Shown piece by piece: positions 37,308-47,042 of a DNA stretch of 64,000 nt (the stretch's first letter is position 1; each line of letters starts with the position of its first letter). Position numbers and translations under genes: made by a program. The DNA is from an uncultured bacterium (GTDB lineage Bacteria; Babelota; Babeliae; Babelales; Babelaceae), in the NCBI GenBank assembly GCA_963699275.1, contig OY969428.1, forward strand, positions 629,110 through 693,109. Reading direction: 5' to 3'. The notes beneath the pieces were generated by a model. That model saw only the letters and a program-made list of their open reading frames with translations. It ran no database searches and had not been told where the DNA came from.

Positions 37308-37412
37308 TTTTTTTTCTTATTGACAAATTGCTCAATTAGAATATGCTAGGAGCCTAGGTACCTATGTGGTCCTGTTTTGTTATATATCAGTAGTTATACA
37401 TTCGAGGTTTTC

Positions 37413-38302
37413 ATGAAAAACATTATAGTAAAGATTTTGTTTTCTGCTCTCGTGTTACTTCCCTCAGTGAAGGCGATGCAGCAGTCACAAACTTCAGCAA
37501 ATAGTCGCAGACAACGGCGCAATCGTCTGATCAGCAAAACAATGCAGTATTGCAGCAAATGCTTGTTGCTTCTATGGATCAGTCCCACATGCAAGCTATT
37601 TTAACGAGTATGGCTGAGATATCGAAGGCGATTCTTGCTCGTATTGAGAAAGAAAAACAGGAAGAATTGGCAAAGGCCAATGAAAAATATCAAGCGGCAT
37701 TTGTGTGCGCGTTTCAGAACAGTGAGTCGACGCAAGAGGAAAAAGAGATTGCCTTGGAATATATAGCATTTTCCGCTCGCTTAATACCGGCAATAGCTGA
37801 TTATTATGCGAAGAAAGCTACTTTAGAGAAAGTGGCTGAAGAAGTACAATGGCGTGCTATTTCTGCCTTACAATGGCAGATTTCAAAAGTTGATCTGCCT
37901 GGGGAATGTTGTGTAGCTCCGTATCGTGAAATGACCCATGAAGACTATCTCAAAGAGCGTATAAGATGTGAGAAAATTTTGGCTTCTCGACCGACTGCTG
38001 ATGACGTTGGAATAGCGGCACTGTGTTGGATTGCGAATGAAGGAAATTGGGCAACTCAGCAAAAAAAGGATGCCGCTACAAACCTGCAGGCCGCAAATGC
38101 GACGATCGAAGCGACAGTTCTCTCGCCTCAAATGGCAGCTCTGAAAGCACAATATACAAAAAGAAAGCGCATGTTAACTTCCTATTTAGGCAGTTATTTC
38201 TTTTCTCAAGAAACGCGTTCGCAAGCAGCTTTAGAGTTTTACGAAATAAGTAAGGCAGAAAAAAAGCTCGCCCAATCACAGAGTCAGCCGGCTGCTCAAT
38301 AA
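37413..38302 (+). pseudogene. Q-family member 1 (exported coiled-coil protein) with a frame break after the leader
   Basis: The leader MKNIIVKILFSALVLLPSVKA-MQQSQTSAN.. (frame of ORF 37377..37604) runs into a stop. The homologous body (..NNAVLQQMLVASMDQSHMQAILTSMAEISKAILARIEKEK..) is in the -1 frame (ORF 37550..38302), which is closed by TAG just upstream of about 37505. Confidence 0.65.
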
Positions 38303-38367
38303 CTAATTTGTATTTACAAAGAATTCTTAATCAAATGACAAAAATACTCAGATACTATGAGGTTCTT

Positions 38368-39498
38368 ATGAAAAACATTTCAATCAAGATCATCTTGCTT
38401 GGTCTTGCATTCAGTACTTCAACAAAAGCAATGCAATCATCATCACAAGCTTCAGCTGACTCCATGACTGCGGAGCATACGACAACTACTGAAAACTTAG
38501 TTGGAGCATTTAATGCTCAAATAAACGCACTAACAGAACGATTTCATTCGGAAAAAAGATTCTTGGAAGCTGCGCAAGGGGACGAACGTGTGGCACGATT
38601 GGCCTTTATTCAAACTTTACAAACGGAGCTTAGTGATCTTGTCGATAGACGTGATGCACAACGAGCGGCTGGCGCAGGTCTGCGGCCTTCAAATGGACAG
38701 GCAGCGCAATCTTCTACCCAGCCTCAAGAAACGGTACAAAACGCTCTCTTAGCTTCTATGCAAAAATCACAGGTGCATGGAAGAATTTTAGAATGTATGG
38801 CTGAGTTAGCTAAGAAAATTGTTGCTCGCTTTTCGAAAGAAAGGGATGCAGAAATGGAAAAGGCTAGAATGCAAAATGAACAAGCTCTGCAAGTTCTTAA
38901 AAACAGTGAGTCGACGCCAGAGCAAAAAGAACTTGCTATTGAGCAGATAGAGTTTTTAGGGCGTTTGATGCCTGCGATAGCTGATTACTATGCAAAAGCT
39001 GCAGCCTTAGATAATATATTTACTGAAGTTCGCTGGCGAACGATTTCAGGTCTCCAGCGCGCAGCAGCTGAGGCTGGTCAGCCACCGAAACAATGTGTGG
39101 GTGGTTCTGAAACAGTTATGACCCATGAGGATTATTTAAGTTCACGTGCTAGATATGAAAAAATTCTTGATGATCTTCAGGCATCTGATCTACTTAAACA
39201 GGACACCATTTTATCCTGGTATTGGACTGAAAAGAGATGGGAAGGGCAGCAAAGAAAAAATGCTGCTAACGAAGTGAAAGCCAATAATGCTGCAACCGAG
39301 AAAACAGAAACACCGGTTCTTACTCAAGTAGCAAGCCAAAAAGCTGAATATATGAAGAAGCAGCATACTCTAGCTCTTTATATAGGCTGTTATTTCTTTA
39401 CTGAGGAAGTACGTGTGAAAGCGGCTTTGGATTTCTATCAGATTGAAAAAGAAATAAGACGACTTGTGCATCCAAGTACTCAGTCAGCTTCGCATTAA
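38368..39498 (+). CDS. Q-family member 2
   Basis: MKNISIKIILLGLAFSTSTKA-MQSSS... Shared blocks ILECMAELAKKIVARFSKERDAEMEKA, NSESTPEQKELAIEQIEFLGRLMPAIADYYAK and AALDFYQIEKE. Confidence 0.7.
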   Translation: MKNISIKIILLGLAFSTSTKAMQSSSQASADSMTAEHTTTTENLVGAFNAQINALTERFHSEKRFLEAAQGDERVARLAFIQTLQTELSDLVDRRDAQRAAGAGLRPSNGQAAQSSTQPQETVQNALLASMQKSQVHGRILECMAELAKKIVARFSKERDAEMEKARMQNEQALQVLKNSESTPEQKELAIEQIEFLGRLMPAIADYYAKAAALDNIFTEVRWRTISGLQRAAAEAGQPPKQCVGGSETVMTHEDYLSSRARYEKILDDLQASDLLKQDTILSWYWTEKRWEGQQRKNAANEVKANNAATEKTETPVLTQVASQKAEYMKKQHTLALYIGCYFFTEEVRVKAALDFYQIEKEIRRLVHPSTQSASH

Positions 39499-39513
39499 TT
39501 AATTTTTTAGAGG

Positions 39514-39558
39514 GCTCTCTTGGATATTATCAAGATATTTCCAAGAGAGCTCTTTTTT
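39514..39558 (+). terminator. rho-independent terminator
   Basis: An 11-bp perfect stem gctctcttgga / tccaagagagc (39514-39524 / 39540-39550), then tctttttt. Confidence 0.7.
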
Positions 39559-39624
39559 GTTTAAATTAGTTTTGAATCTTAGAGGATTCCATCTTTAGAA
39601 GGCTTTTATAAAACGGAGGTTTTT

Positions 39625-40473
39625 ATGAATATTTCGCAGAGAGCAGTAGTTATGTGCTTGCTTGTTACTTTATTTTCTTCGGTAATGGCGATGCAGCAAG
39701 AGGAACGTAATATTCAGTGCTATGAACAAATTCTAACCAGACTGCCTCCTTCTCAAAAAATGTTACACATTATGGCGCGTATAGCCGAAGCGATTTTTGC
39801 TCGCGCTGAGAAAGAAAGGCGAGCAGAGATGCTTAAAGTGCGAACAGAGTTGGACAGTGCTTTGAAGGTTCTTCGAAGCAGCCTATCATCACAACAGGAA
39901 AAAGAACAGGCAAGCGAGACGGTTGAATTTTTAAATAGACTTTCAGGTGAGATCTCGGTCCATTTTGCAAAAAAGACCGCAACTCAGGCTGTGCTTGAAG
40001 AGGCTTCGGGCAGGGCTCTTTTTGCCCTAAATGATGCCGTTGAAAGAGTAAGTGCTGATGAGCCTCATGACGACACCCCGCGGGAAGAATTTAAATTAGG
40101 ACATTATCAAGATGATCTGAATCGAGCGCTTAGTATTCTTAATGATGCAGAGAGTCCTCTTAAAGAAAAACGGAATGTTGCGAGGGTATGGTATTTCAAT
40201 GAGCTTCGTTGGGCAGAGCAACAAAGCAAGAAGAACACAGAAAAAGCACAGCAAGATGCGCCAGTAGCTCAGATAGACAATAAAAAAGTTCCGATCCTCT
40301 CGCCAGAACAAGCAGCGCAGAAAGCCGAATATGAAAAAACAAAGCGTATCGCAGTGAAGTATATACACTGTAATTATTTTAGTGAAGACGTGCGCTATCA
40401 AGCAGCGCTTGATTTCTATCTTGCAGACAAAGCCGAAAAAGATCTTACAGCTTTTCAGTCCACCACATCCTAA
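39625..40473 (+). CDS. Q-family member 3
   Basis: MNISQRAVVMCLLVTLFSSVMA-MQQEE... Shared blocks MARIAEAIFARAEKERRAEMLK, SSQQEKEQASETVEFLNRL and AALDFYLADKAEKDL. Confidence 0.7.
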   Translation: MNISQRAVVMCLLVTLFSSVMAMQQEERNIQCYEQILTRLPPSQKMLHIMARIAEAIFARAEKERRAEMLKVRTELDSALKVLRSSLSSQQEKEQASETVEFLNRLSGEISVHFAKKTATQAVLEEASGRALFALNDAVERVSADEPHDDTPREEFKLGHYQDDLNRALSILNDAESPLKEKRNVARVWYFNELRWAEQQSKKNTEKAQQDAPVAQIDNKKVPILSPEQAAQKAEYEKTKRIAVKYIHCNYFSEDVRYQAALDFYLADKAEKDLTAFQSTTS

Positions 40474-40498
40474 TTTTATTAAAACCAATCTGTGGAGA

Positions 40499-40531
40499 GC
40501 TTCTTGGAATATCCAAGAGGCTTTCTCTTTT
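40499..40531 (+). terminator. rho-independent terminator (homologous to the one at 39514)
   Basis: Stem gcttcttgga / tccaagaggc with one G-U pair, followed by tttctctttt. Confidence 0.55.
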
Positions 40532-40625
40532 GGCACCATTTGCGCTTACCTGTAATAGAGAGTAATCTAGTACTATCTCTTTTTTTAAGAGTACACTATT
40601 TGGGAATGTGATTCGGGGGAACACC

Positions 40626-42137
40626 ATGAATATAAGTCAGAAATCAGTTCTGGCTTTCGTAACGTTTATGCCACTTCTGCTCAATGCAGCAGGAGAGGCA
40701 TTCTTGGAAGGCCGCATTCGTACGGCAATTGCGGAACGTCAATCGAGAATTAATAGTCCAATTTCAGGCGAGCGGGTTGCGCAAAGAGCCATTGAACAGC
40801 GACTGAGATCTCCAGAAGAGTGCATACGTGAAGCTGTCGAATTGCGCGAGACAATCAGGTTTGCCCATGAAATTGCTCATGATCCTGCAAACAATCCACA
40901 AGCTCTTATCGCCTCAGTGAATGCTGAGCAGGCAGAATATGAGCGCAGAGAGCGTGAGGAACTTGAAGCATCAATTAAATGGAGAAATACCCTTCTTACC
41001 CCATTCGAAATTAATGGCTATACGGTGCCTGTTGGATTTTATAAGAGAGATCTTATAGAATTACCCATTTATGGGGTCCAATTGTATGCACGTAAGCTTC
41101 TTAGAACATCGCTTAAACAACGCCGTGAAGAAACTATCATTAAGCATATTACTGAAGGCGCATATAATTCGCTCATCGAAATTCTCGAATCGGTAAAGAA
41201 AGCCGAAGAAAAATATGAGCTTGAGTATGAAGAAAAAAGTGCGCTTGGAAAGTTATTTACTGTTGATTCACGCGCACGAGATGTTCTTTTGAATCCTATA
41301 CGTGAGTACCTTTACGAGAACCACTATCTTATCGGTTATCTGCCCATTAATACCATGGTTTTATTTCCGTTACTCTCATGCTGGCTTTTTGATAAGACGA
41401 GCTCCTGGCTTGAATCGACGCTCTTAGAGAAGGATTATGATGAGATTTTTCGCAGGGGTGGGGTTCAAGCTTTGAACATGGAATATCTTGAAGCCTTTCA
41501 ACCAAATGCTGAAGGGCAACTAATAAAGGCTGAAAAGACGCCATTTACACTAACAACGAGCTTGCGATTTTGCGAATGGCTGTTATCTTTTTCGTATTTT
41601 CATAAGCTGCCAAGCACCATGAATTTACGAGTATTTTTATTATGGCTTTGGGGTATTCCAGCGCCTCTTTTTAATGACGCAAAAATTTTCAAGACTATGA
41701 GTCAGCTCGCAGGAGTAAAGTTACCTGATGCATTCTACTCGAAGCCGGTTGAGTTGGCTATCGAATATTTAGGTTATGGATTTTCCGCGAAACTTTTTGA
41801 TAGACAATGCGGTGAAACGTGGACGAAATACGTTTTGGAGAACCGTGAAAAATTTCTCACACGCTTAAAAAATTATAAACGTGCAGTAGAGCAACTTGAT
41901 AATGCTGAGGTCGCTGTTAAAGAAGCTGAGCGAAAATTGAGAAAATTTGTGGAAAATGGCCACCGCATGAATTCATGGTTGCCGGGTGCTGAGGCAAGGC
42001 AGTGGTGGAAGTCGGAATCTCGTGGATCCACTACAATAACGAATGCGGTCAGCCTTGGCTTGACGGGTATAATGGCATATAAGTTGGCCCGATGGTATTG
42101 GAATATAACGCATCCGCGAGCTGAGCATCCAGCTTAA
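40626..42137 (+). CDS. large exported/membrane protein, unknown function
   Basis: Start is taken at MNISQKSVLAFVTFMPLLLNA (same MNISQ leader type as Q3). A charged helical region is followed by several hydrophobic segments and a C-terminal TM segment (AVSLGLTGIMAYKLARWYW). Confidence 0.6.
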   Translation: MNISQKSVLAFVTFMPLLLNAAGEAFLEGRIRTAIAERQSRINSPISGERVAQRAIEQRLRSPEECIREAVELRETIRFAHEIAHDPANNPQALIASVNAEQAEYERREREELEASIKWRNTLLTPFEINGYTVPVGFYKRDLIELPIYGVQLYARKLLRTSLKQRREETIIKHITEGAYNSLIEILESVKKAEEKYELEYEEKSALGKLFTVDSRARDVLLNPIREYLYENHYLIGYLPINTMVLFPLLSCWLFDKTSSWLESTLLEKDYDEIFRRGGVQALNMEYLEAFQPNAEGQLIKAEKTPFTLTTSLRFCEWLLSFSYFHKLPSTMNLRVFLLWLWGIPAPLFNDAKIFKTMSQLAGVKLPDAFYSKPVELAIEYLGYGFSAKLFDRQCGETWTKYVLENREKFLTRLKNYKRAVEQLDNAEVAVKEAERKLRKFVENGHRMNSWLPGAEARQWWKSESRGSTTITNAVSLGLTGIMAYKLARWYWNITHPRAEHPA

Positions 42138-42169
42138 TGTCAAGACAAAAACCTTAGAGGAGAACCTAT

Positions 42170-43840
42170 ATGATGGATAAAATAGTTACAAGAGGTCTAA
42201 AGGCGGTATTCTATCTATCCTTTTTACAGGGGGCTGTGCAGCTTTACTCTATGGAGGCGGCTCGAGGAGCACTTCCAGGAGCAGCTAACCCGAATGATCC
42301 TAATCGACCGCAGGTTGGGGAACACATTGCACAAGTTTATAACGTAGTCGAGCCAGCCATTCGGAACAACATAAATGCGATGGTTCTTGGTGAGCGTGAA
42401 GCATTGCAAAATGCACTTGATGCTGTGAATATCTCCTTAGCTAATGCTCGTGGAGTGGAACGAGAGAGATTATTAGCACGACGTGCTCAATTGGAAGATC
42501 AGCTTTTTGCCGTTGCAAGGCGACACGGAGGTCTTTTGGAGAATGCCCATCAAGCTGCTGTAAATATCGGAGCAGAATATGCTAGGTTCATTTTGGATAG
42601 AGGGAGAGAAGAATTTTCACGGCAAACGCAGTTTGGTAATACAGCTATTAACGCTCGTGAAAATCGTGCTGGAATGGTGCAAGCAAGCAGAGATCGTTTT
42701 GCCGATATTACTAATTGGGTTCGAGGTAATCCGAAATATATTTTGGGCATGACTGCAGGACTGACCATAGCAAGCTATGGTACCTATAAAGGGCTGCAGA
42801 TTGCGGCACATCGTTTTGAAAAGGAAACCCCACGTCTTGCGCAAGAAACATCGCTCCTTTCTACTAAAGAACAGATGCTTAATTGGTTAACGGGTAAACC
42901 ACAAAAAGAAGCAAATATAAAAGATGTGATTTTGCCTGAGGAAGATGAAAGGCGCGTGGAGGAGATCGTTGCAGCAATGCAATACTCCGTTCAAAATGGT
43001 GCCTATCTTAAAAATGGACTTTTCTGGGGACCTCCAGGAACTGGTAAAACTTTCTTGCTTGAAAGAATTGCTCGTAGTAGTGGCATGGATTATCTCTTAG
43101 TTGCAGGTCCCGATGCATTTGCCTATAGTGTGGAAGAAGGAATTATAGAGTGGAATAAAGTATTTGATCGAGCTGAAAACCATCCTAGACCAGTTATGAT
43201 TGTTATCGACGAATGCGAAGTTATCTTAGGTGACAGAAAAGACCCTGCCAATCAATCTGATAAGAAGCAGGCTTACCTCAATTTAATTTTAACGCGTTTT
43301 GGAACAGAAAATCGTAAACGCTGCGTGTTTGCTATCTGTAACCTTCCTGAGCGCCTTGATGAAGCATTTTTAAGCCGGTGCGATATTCAGATGTATGTAG
43401 GAGTCCCAGCGGTTCCTCAGCGTAAGCAGTTAATTAAGAAATATTTCACGAAATATCTTATTAAAGCAGAACACTTGGTGCATGAGGTTGTGGCCACAGT
43501 TACTGGATTCTTTAACAATCTTTTCTCATCGCCACCACCGCCTCCTACGCCACTTAAGTTCGAACAAGGCTTACTCAAAGATAATGAGATGAGTCCTCAG
43601 TTGATTGATGAAATCAGCGACAAACTTGAAGGACATGACTTTGTGGGACGTGATATTTCAAAGATGATGTTAATGATAGAAAGTACCGCGCACTCAACGA
43701 AGGACTCGATGGTTACTCGAGCTATTATTGATCGCGTGATAAAGACCAAGATTCACGAGAAACGTGTTGCTCGAGAAGGCTTTAAACGGGCACCATCGCA
43801 GGCAGATAAGAAGCCAACGCAGACATCTGCCGCAGCATAA
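42170..43840 (+). CDS. membrane-anchored AAA+ ATPase with ATAD3-like architecture
   Basis: N-terminal leader ..AVQLYS-MEAARG, then a helical region and a TM segment (YILGMTAGLTIASYGTY). Next come ETPRLAQETS, Walker A GLFWGPPGTGKTF, SGMDYLLVAGPD, Walker B VMIVIDECE, and the ..ICNLPERLDEAFLSRCD.. block. Confidence 0.75.
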   Translation: MMDKIVTRGLKAVFYLSFLQGAVQLYSMEAARGALPGAANPNDPNRPQVGEHIAQVYNVVEPAIRNNINAMVLGEREALQNALDAVNISLANARGVERERLLARRAQLEDQLFAVARRHGGLLENAHQAAVNIGAEYARFILDRGREEFSRQTQFGNTAINARENRAGMVQASRDRFADITNWVRGNPKYILGMTAGLTIASYGTYKGLQIAAHRFEKETPRLAQETSLLSTKEQMLNWLTGKPQKEANIKDVILPEEDERRVEEIVAAMQYSVQNGAYLKNGLFWGPPGTGKTFLLERIARSSGMDYLLVAGPDAFAYSVEEGIIEWNKVFDRAENHPRPVMIVIDECEVILGDRKDPANQSDKKQAYLNLILTRFGTENRKRCVFAICNLPERLDEAFLSRCDIQMYVGVPAVPQRKQLIKKYFTKYLIKAEHLVHEVVATVTGFFNNLFSSPPPPPTPLKFEQGLLKDNEMSPQLIDEISDKLEGHDFVGRDISKMMLMIESTAHSTKDSMVTRAIIDRVIKTKIHEKRVAREGFKRAPSQADKKPTQTSAAA

Positions 43841-43870
43841 CAATGTTCTCTGTAGTAGAGTGAGCATCCA

Positions 43871-43910
43871 GAACATGCCGTTCCCAAGAAGGAGCGGCAT
43901 GTTCTTCTCT
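43871..43910 (+). terminator. rho-independent terminator closing the 33.2-43.8 kb cluster
   Basis: A 10-bp perfect stem gaacatgccg / cggcatgttc (43871-43880 / 43895-43904), followed by ttctctt. Confidence 0.6.
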
Positions 43911-44123
43911 TAAAAAGCTGCTTCCTTTCAAAAATTCACAATCTCTTCTAACTCTTGTTTATTTATTTTTAAACTCTGTATTCTAACATAAAAGACCTCT
44001 GCTTATCGGAGCTGGAGATCTGCTAATCGTTCCAGAAGAATCTTCTGGGGCTTGGAATTTGACAGGAAAAAGGCAAGTTGGTATGGTAGGTGGCTTGGGT
44101 GTAATGAAAAAAGGACGAGAGGA

Positions 44124-44402
44124 ATGAATAAGTGTTTAAAAATTACGCTTACTATCGAGATTAAAGAGGGCTTTTTGCAGAATATTATTCAGCAACAAGC
44201 ACGCAAGAATAATCTTGAAGGTATAGTGCAGCCACTTGGTTCTGATAAAGTCAAAATTATTGTCTGTGGAGAAAAAGAGCAGGTCGATTCTTTTGTCGAC
44301 TCGATTCATCGCGAGGCAACAGGCTCTGCAATTAAAGAAATCGAAATTGAACCGCATGTCAGAGATAAGGACTATCGCGGTGTCTTCCGTGTCATTGAAT
44401 AA
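44124..44402 (+). CDS. acylphosphatase-fold protein with degenerate active-site motifs
   Basis: The 92 aa from ATG 44124 are collinear by eye with acylphosphatases (VKIIVCGEKEQVDSFVDSI; AIKEIEIEP; FRVIE). IKEGFLQNI replaces the GRVQGVGFR phosphate loop. Confidence 0.45.
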   Translation: MNKCLKITLTIEIKEGFLQNIIQQQARKNNLEGIVQPLGSDKVKIIVCGEKEQVDSFVDSIHREATGSAIKEIEIEPHVRDKDYRGVFRVIE

Positions 44403-44477
44403 ATTCTTGATATTCGTACTACCATTTTTTGTGTATACTAGGACGTGAAAATAAAATAACTTTAACGCGTTCTGACT

Positions 44478-47042
44478 ATGCATATTCTTAGTAAATTAAC
44501 TCTTATTTTAACGCTTTTTTCGTGCGGACTTTATGCGGATGTCCCGTGGACCTTTACTAAAATACGGGGCAAGGGATCATTTTTTTCTAAAGAACGCTAT
44601 CTCCAGCACTATCTTATTGAGCCTGGGGATCGTTTTGATCTTTCTAAGCATAAGCTTTCTTTAACCAAAATGGTGGATGTGATGAAAGCAGAAGGGTACC
44701 TCAAAGCACGCATTACCGATGAAATAAATTATGATAAGGCGAGCAAAACTGTTTCTGTCGCGGTTAGATTTGAGCCTGGGTCACGTTATATTATTGATTC
44801 AGTTCAAGTTAAACTAGATCAGTATCCTGAACTACGTAATGAGCTGCAGAAAAAAGCAGAGAAGACGCTCGCGCATGCCATTGCAGAAAAGGATCGCATT
44901 GCTGCTGCAACAGATGAGATGACAAAGTATCTTGCTAAAAAGGGATATGCTGGTGCAACGATACAGTCGCATCTGGCGATTATAGAAGATAAGAAAAATC
45001 GAGCAACTCTTTCTTTTGTAGTGACACTAGTCGAGAAAAAGGAATATCTCTTTACCGGAAATTCTTTTTTTACGAGTGATCAACTGCTTGATGAAATTCT
45101 TTTAGTGCAAGAACAGGGACTTTCTTTGCCGGACTCATTGATTGCAGAAGATATTGAAGCTCTGTATAGGGCAAAAGGATTTTTAGCTGCTCATGTGGAT
45201 GTGAATGAAAAACCGGGTATAGTTACCTTTCTCATTCATGAGGGTGAGCGATATAAAGTCGGAACCGTAAGCAAAGCACTAACGGGAGATCACCCTGCAG
45301 ATCTATCGGTAAAAGAGATTGTAAAAAAATTGAAGCATGATCTTGAAAGCCTTCCGGTTTTTGATCAGGAGCAGATCGATGAGCGGCGTTTTCAAGCAGC
45401 CCAGGAGCTTACTCGCCTGGGGTACTGGGATGCTCATATTGAGGTGCAGATGAAGCCGATTAGAGCTAAAAAACAAGATATCGTGCTTGATATTCATCTG
45501 GGTAATAAACGAATGATACAAAATATCATCATTGTGGATCATCCAGAATTTCTCAAAGAAGGGCTCTTTAAGCGATGGGTCTGTTTAAAAGTTCCCCAAT
45601 CTATCAGTCCTCAAGAGATTGACGAGCAGAGGCGATGGCTTCAAAAAACATTTGCTAAGCGTGGATACCTCAATGCGAAAATTGCCTACGACATTCAGAT
45701 ACTCCCCTCAGGCTCGACTTTAGAATGGAAGATCGATATATCACAAGGGCCAGTTCGATTTGGCCGAACGGTTATTGCTGGCCTTAAAAAAATGAAACCC
45801 TATATTGTTGAACGAGAGCTTCGGTACCACGAAGGCGAAGTCTGGAGTAGGGAGAAAATAGACGAAAGCATAAAGCGGTTGCGCGATTTATGCATGTTTG
45901 AAACGATTTCCATTACACCGCTGTCTGAAGAGCCGGCAAATAGTCAGTTTCAGCCCGTGCTTATTAAATGCATAGAGGATGATCCGTTTGAAATAAGAAC
46001 ACGACTTGGATTTCAGTTTGTGAGCAAGAGTTTTACGCATGTATCGTGGTCAACCTTTCGACTTGGTGGATCTTTTCTTTGGAAGAATCCGGCCGGTATT
46101 GCCGATCGTCTGACCCTTGATGCAGATTTAAGCTGGTATACCCGTAATCTTGCCATCGGTTATGAAGTACCGTGGATTGGATCGTTACCGGTGAGGACAC
46201 TGTTCAGAGTGTATAGTGATCAGTATGATCAGCCGCTTATTTCGAGTAAGCAGCGGCTTTATAAAGAATCGCATGATGGTGTTAGTGTCTCTTTCAAACA
46301 CAGTCATCCCTGGTGGCATGGCTGCTTTAAATTTGGTATAGAGCTTGATAAGCTCTCATGTATTGCTCCCGAGCTTGCTCATGTGATCGATTTTGAGCCG
46401 ACATTGGTAAATCATCGGACTCCCTATCTCTATTTTGAGCCGATCGTCACGTTTGAACATTTTGATAATAAGGTTGATCCGTGCAAAGGATTTTCAACGA
46501 TTATTGCATTGAAAGCGATGGTCCCACCTGGGGTCAGAGATGGGTGGTTTATTAAAGCAGTTTTTGAACAGTCTTTTTATTATCCTCTCTATCGCTCATT
46601 GATTGGTGCGGTGCGCTGGAGAGTGGGACATATATTCAATCCGCAGTTTAATACCATCTTGCCAACTGAGCGGTTTTATTTGGGTGGCTGTTCTACCTTG
46701 CGTGGTTATGAGCCAAATATGGTTCCACCGCTTAATGATCTTGTCTGTGATAACTGCCGCATTTTCGTGCCTGTTGGTGGTAAATCGATGGCTAATATTA
46801 ATACTGAGTTACGGTTCCCTTTGTATCAACGACTGAGCGGGGTAGTATTTACTGATATGGGCGCACTTGCCCAAGATAAATTTGCAGATATTAAAGCACG
46901 GTGGGTGGGCGCAACTGGATTTGGGGTACGCTTTGCTACGCCGGTCGGACCTGTCCGTTTTGATATTGGGTGGAAATGGAAAAAGCGTAATCCTGAAGAT
47001 AAGAGATATGCATGGTTCCTTACGCTCGGTCATGCCTTTTAA
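44478..47042 (+). CDS. bamA: Omp85-family outer-membrane protein assembly factor
   Basis: Signal peptide and repeated POTRA-like modules. The C-terminal barrel has GGCSTLRGYE, NTELRFPL and GATGFGVRFATPVGPVRFDIGWKW, and ends ..LTLGHAF. Confidence 0.88.
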   Translation: MHILSKLTLILTLFSCGLYADVPWTFTKIRGKGSFFSKERYLQHYLIEPGDRFDLSKHKLSLTKMVDVMKAEGYLKARITDEINYDKASKTVSVAVRFEPGSRYIIDSVQVKLDQYPELRNELQKKAEKTLAHAIAEKDRIAAATDEMTKYLAKKGYAGATIQSHLAIIEDKKNRATLSFVVTLVEKKEYLFTGNSFFTSDQLLDEILLVQEQGLSLPDSLIAEDIEALYRAKGFLAAHVDVNEKPGIVTFLIHEGERYKVGTVSKALTGDHPADLSVKEIVKKLKHDLESLPVFDQEQIDERRFQAAQELTRLGYWDAHIEVQMKPIRAKKQDIVLDIHLGNKRMIQNIIIVDHPEFLKEGLFKRWVCLKVPQSISPQEIDEQRRWLQKTFAKRGYLNAKIAYDIQILPSGSTLEWKIDISQGPVRFGRTVIAGLKKMKPYIVERELRYHEGEVWSREKIDESIKRLRDLCMFETISITPLSEEPANSQFQPVLIKCIEDDPFEIRTRLGFQFVSKSFTHVSWSTFRLGGSFLWKNPAGIADRLTLDADLSWYTRNLAIGYEVPWIGSLPVRTLFRVYSDQYDQPLISSKQRLYKESHDGVSVSFKHSHPWWHGCFKFGIELDKLSCIAPELAHVIDFEPTLVNHRTPYLYFEPIVTFEHFDNKVDPCKGFSTIIALKAMVPPGVRDGWFIKAVFEQSFYYPLYRSLIGAVRWRVGHIFNPQFNTILPTERFYLGGCSTLRGYEPNMVPPLNDLVCDNCRIFVPVGGKSMANINTELRFPLYQRLSGVVFTDMGALAQDKFADIKARWVGATGFGVRFATPVGPVRFDIGWKWKKRNPEDKRYAWFLTLGHAF

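Noticed and set aside
40096-40627. Minus-strand ORFs 40096..40539 and 40445..40627
   Set aside because: They are antisense to Q3 and its terminator region, with a low-complexity Ile/Phe/Cys-rich translation.
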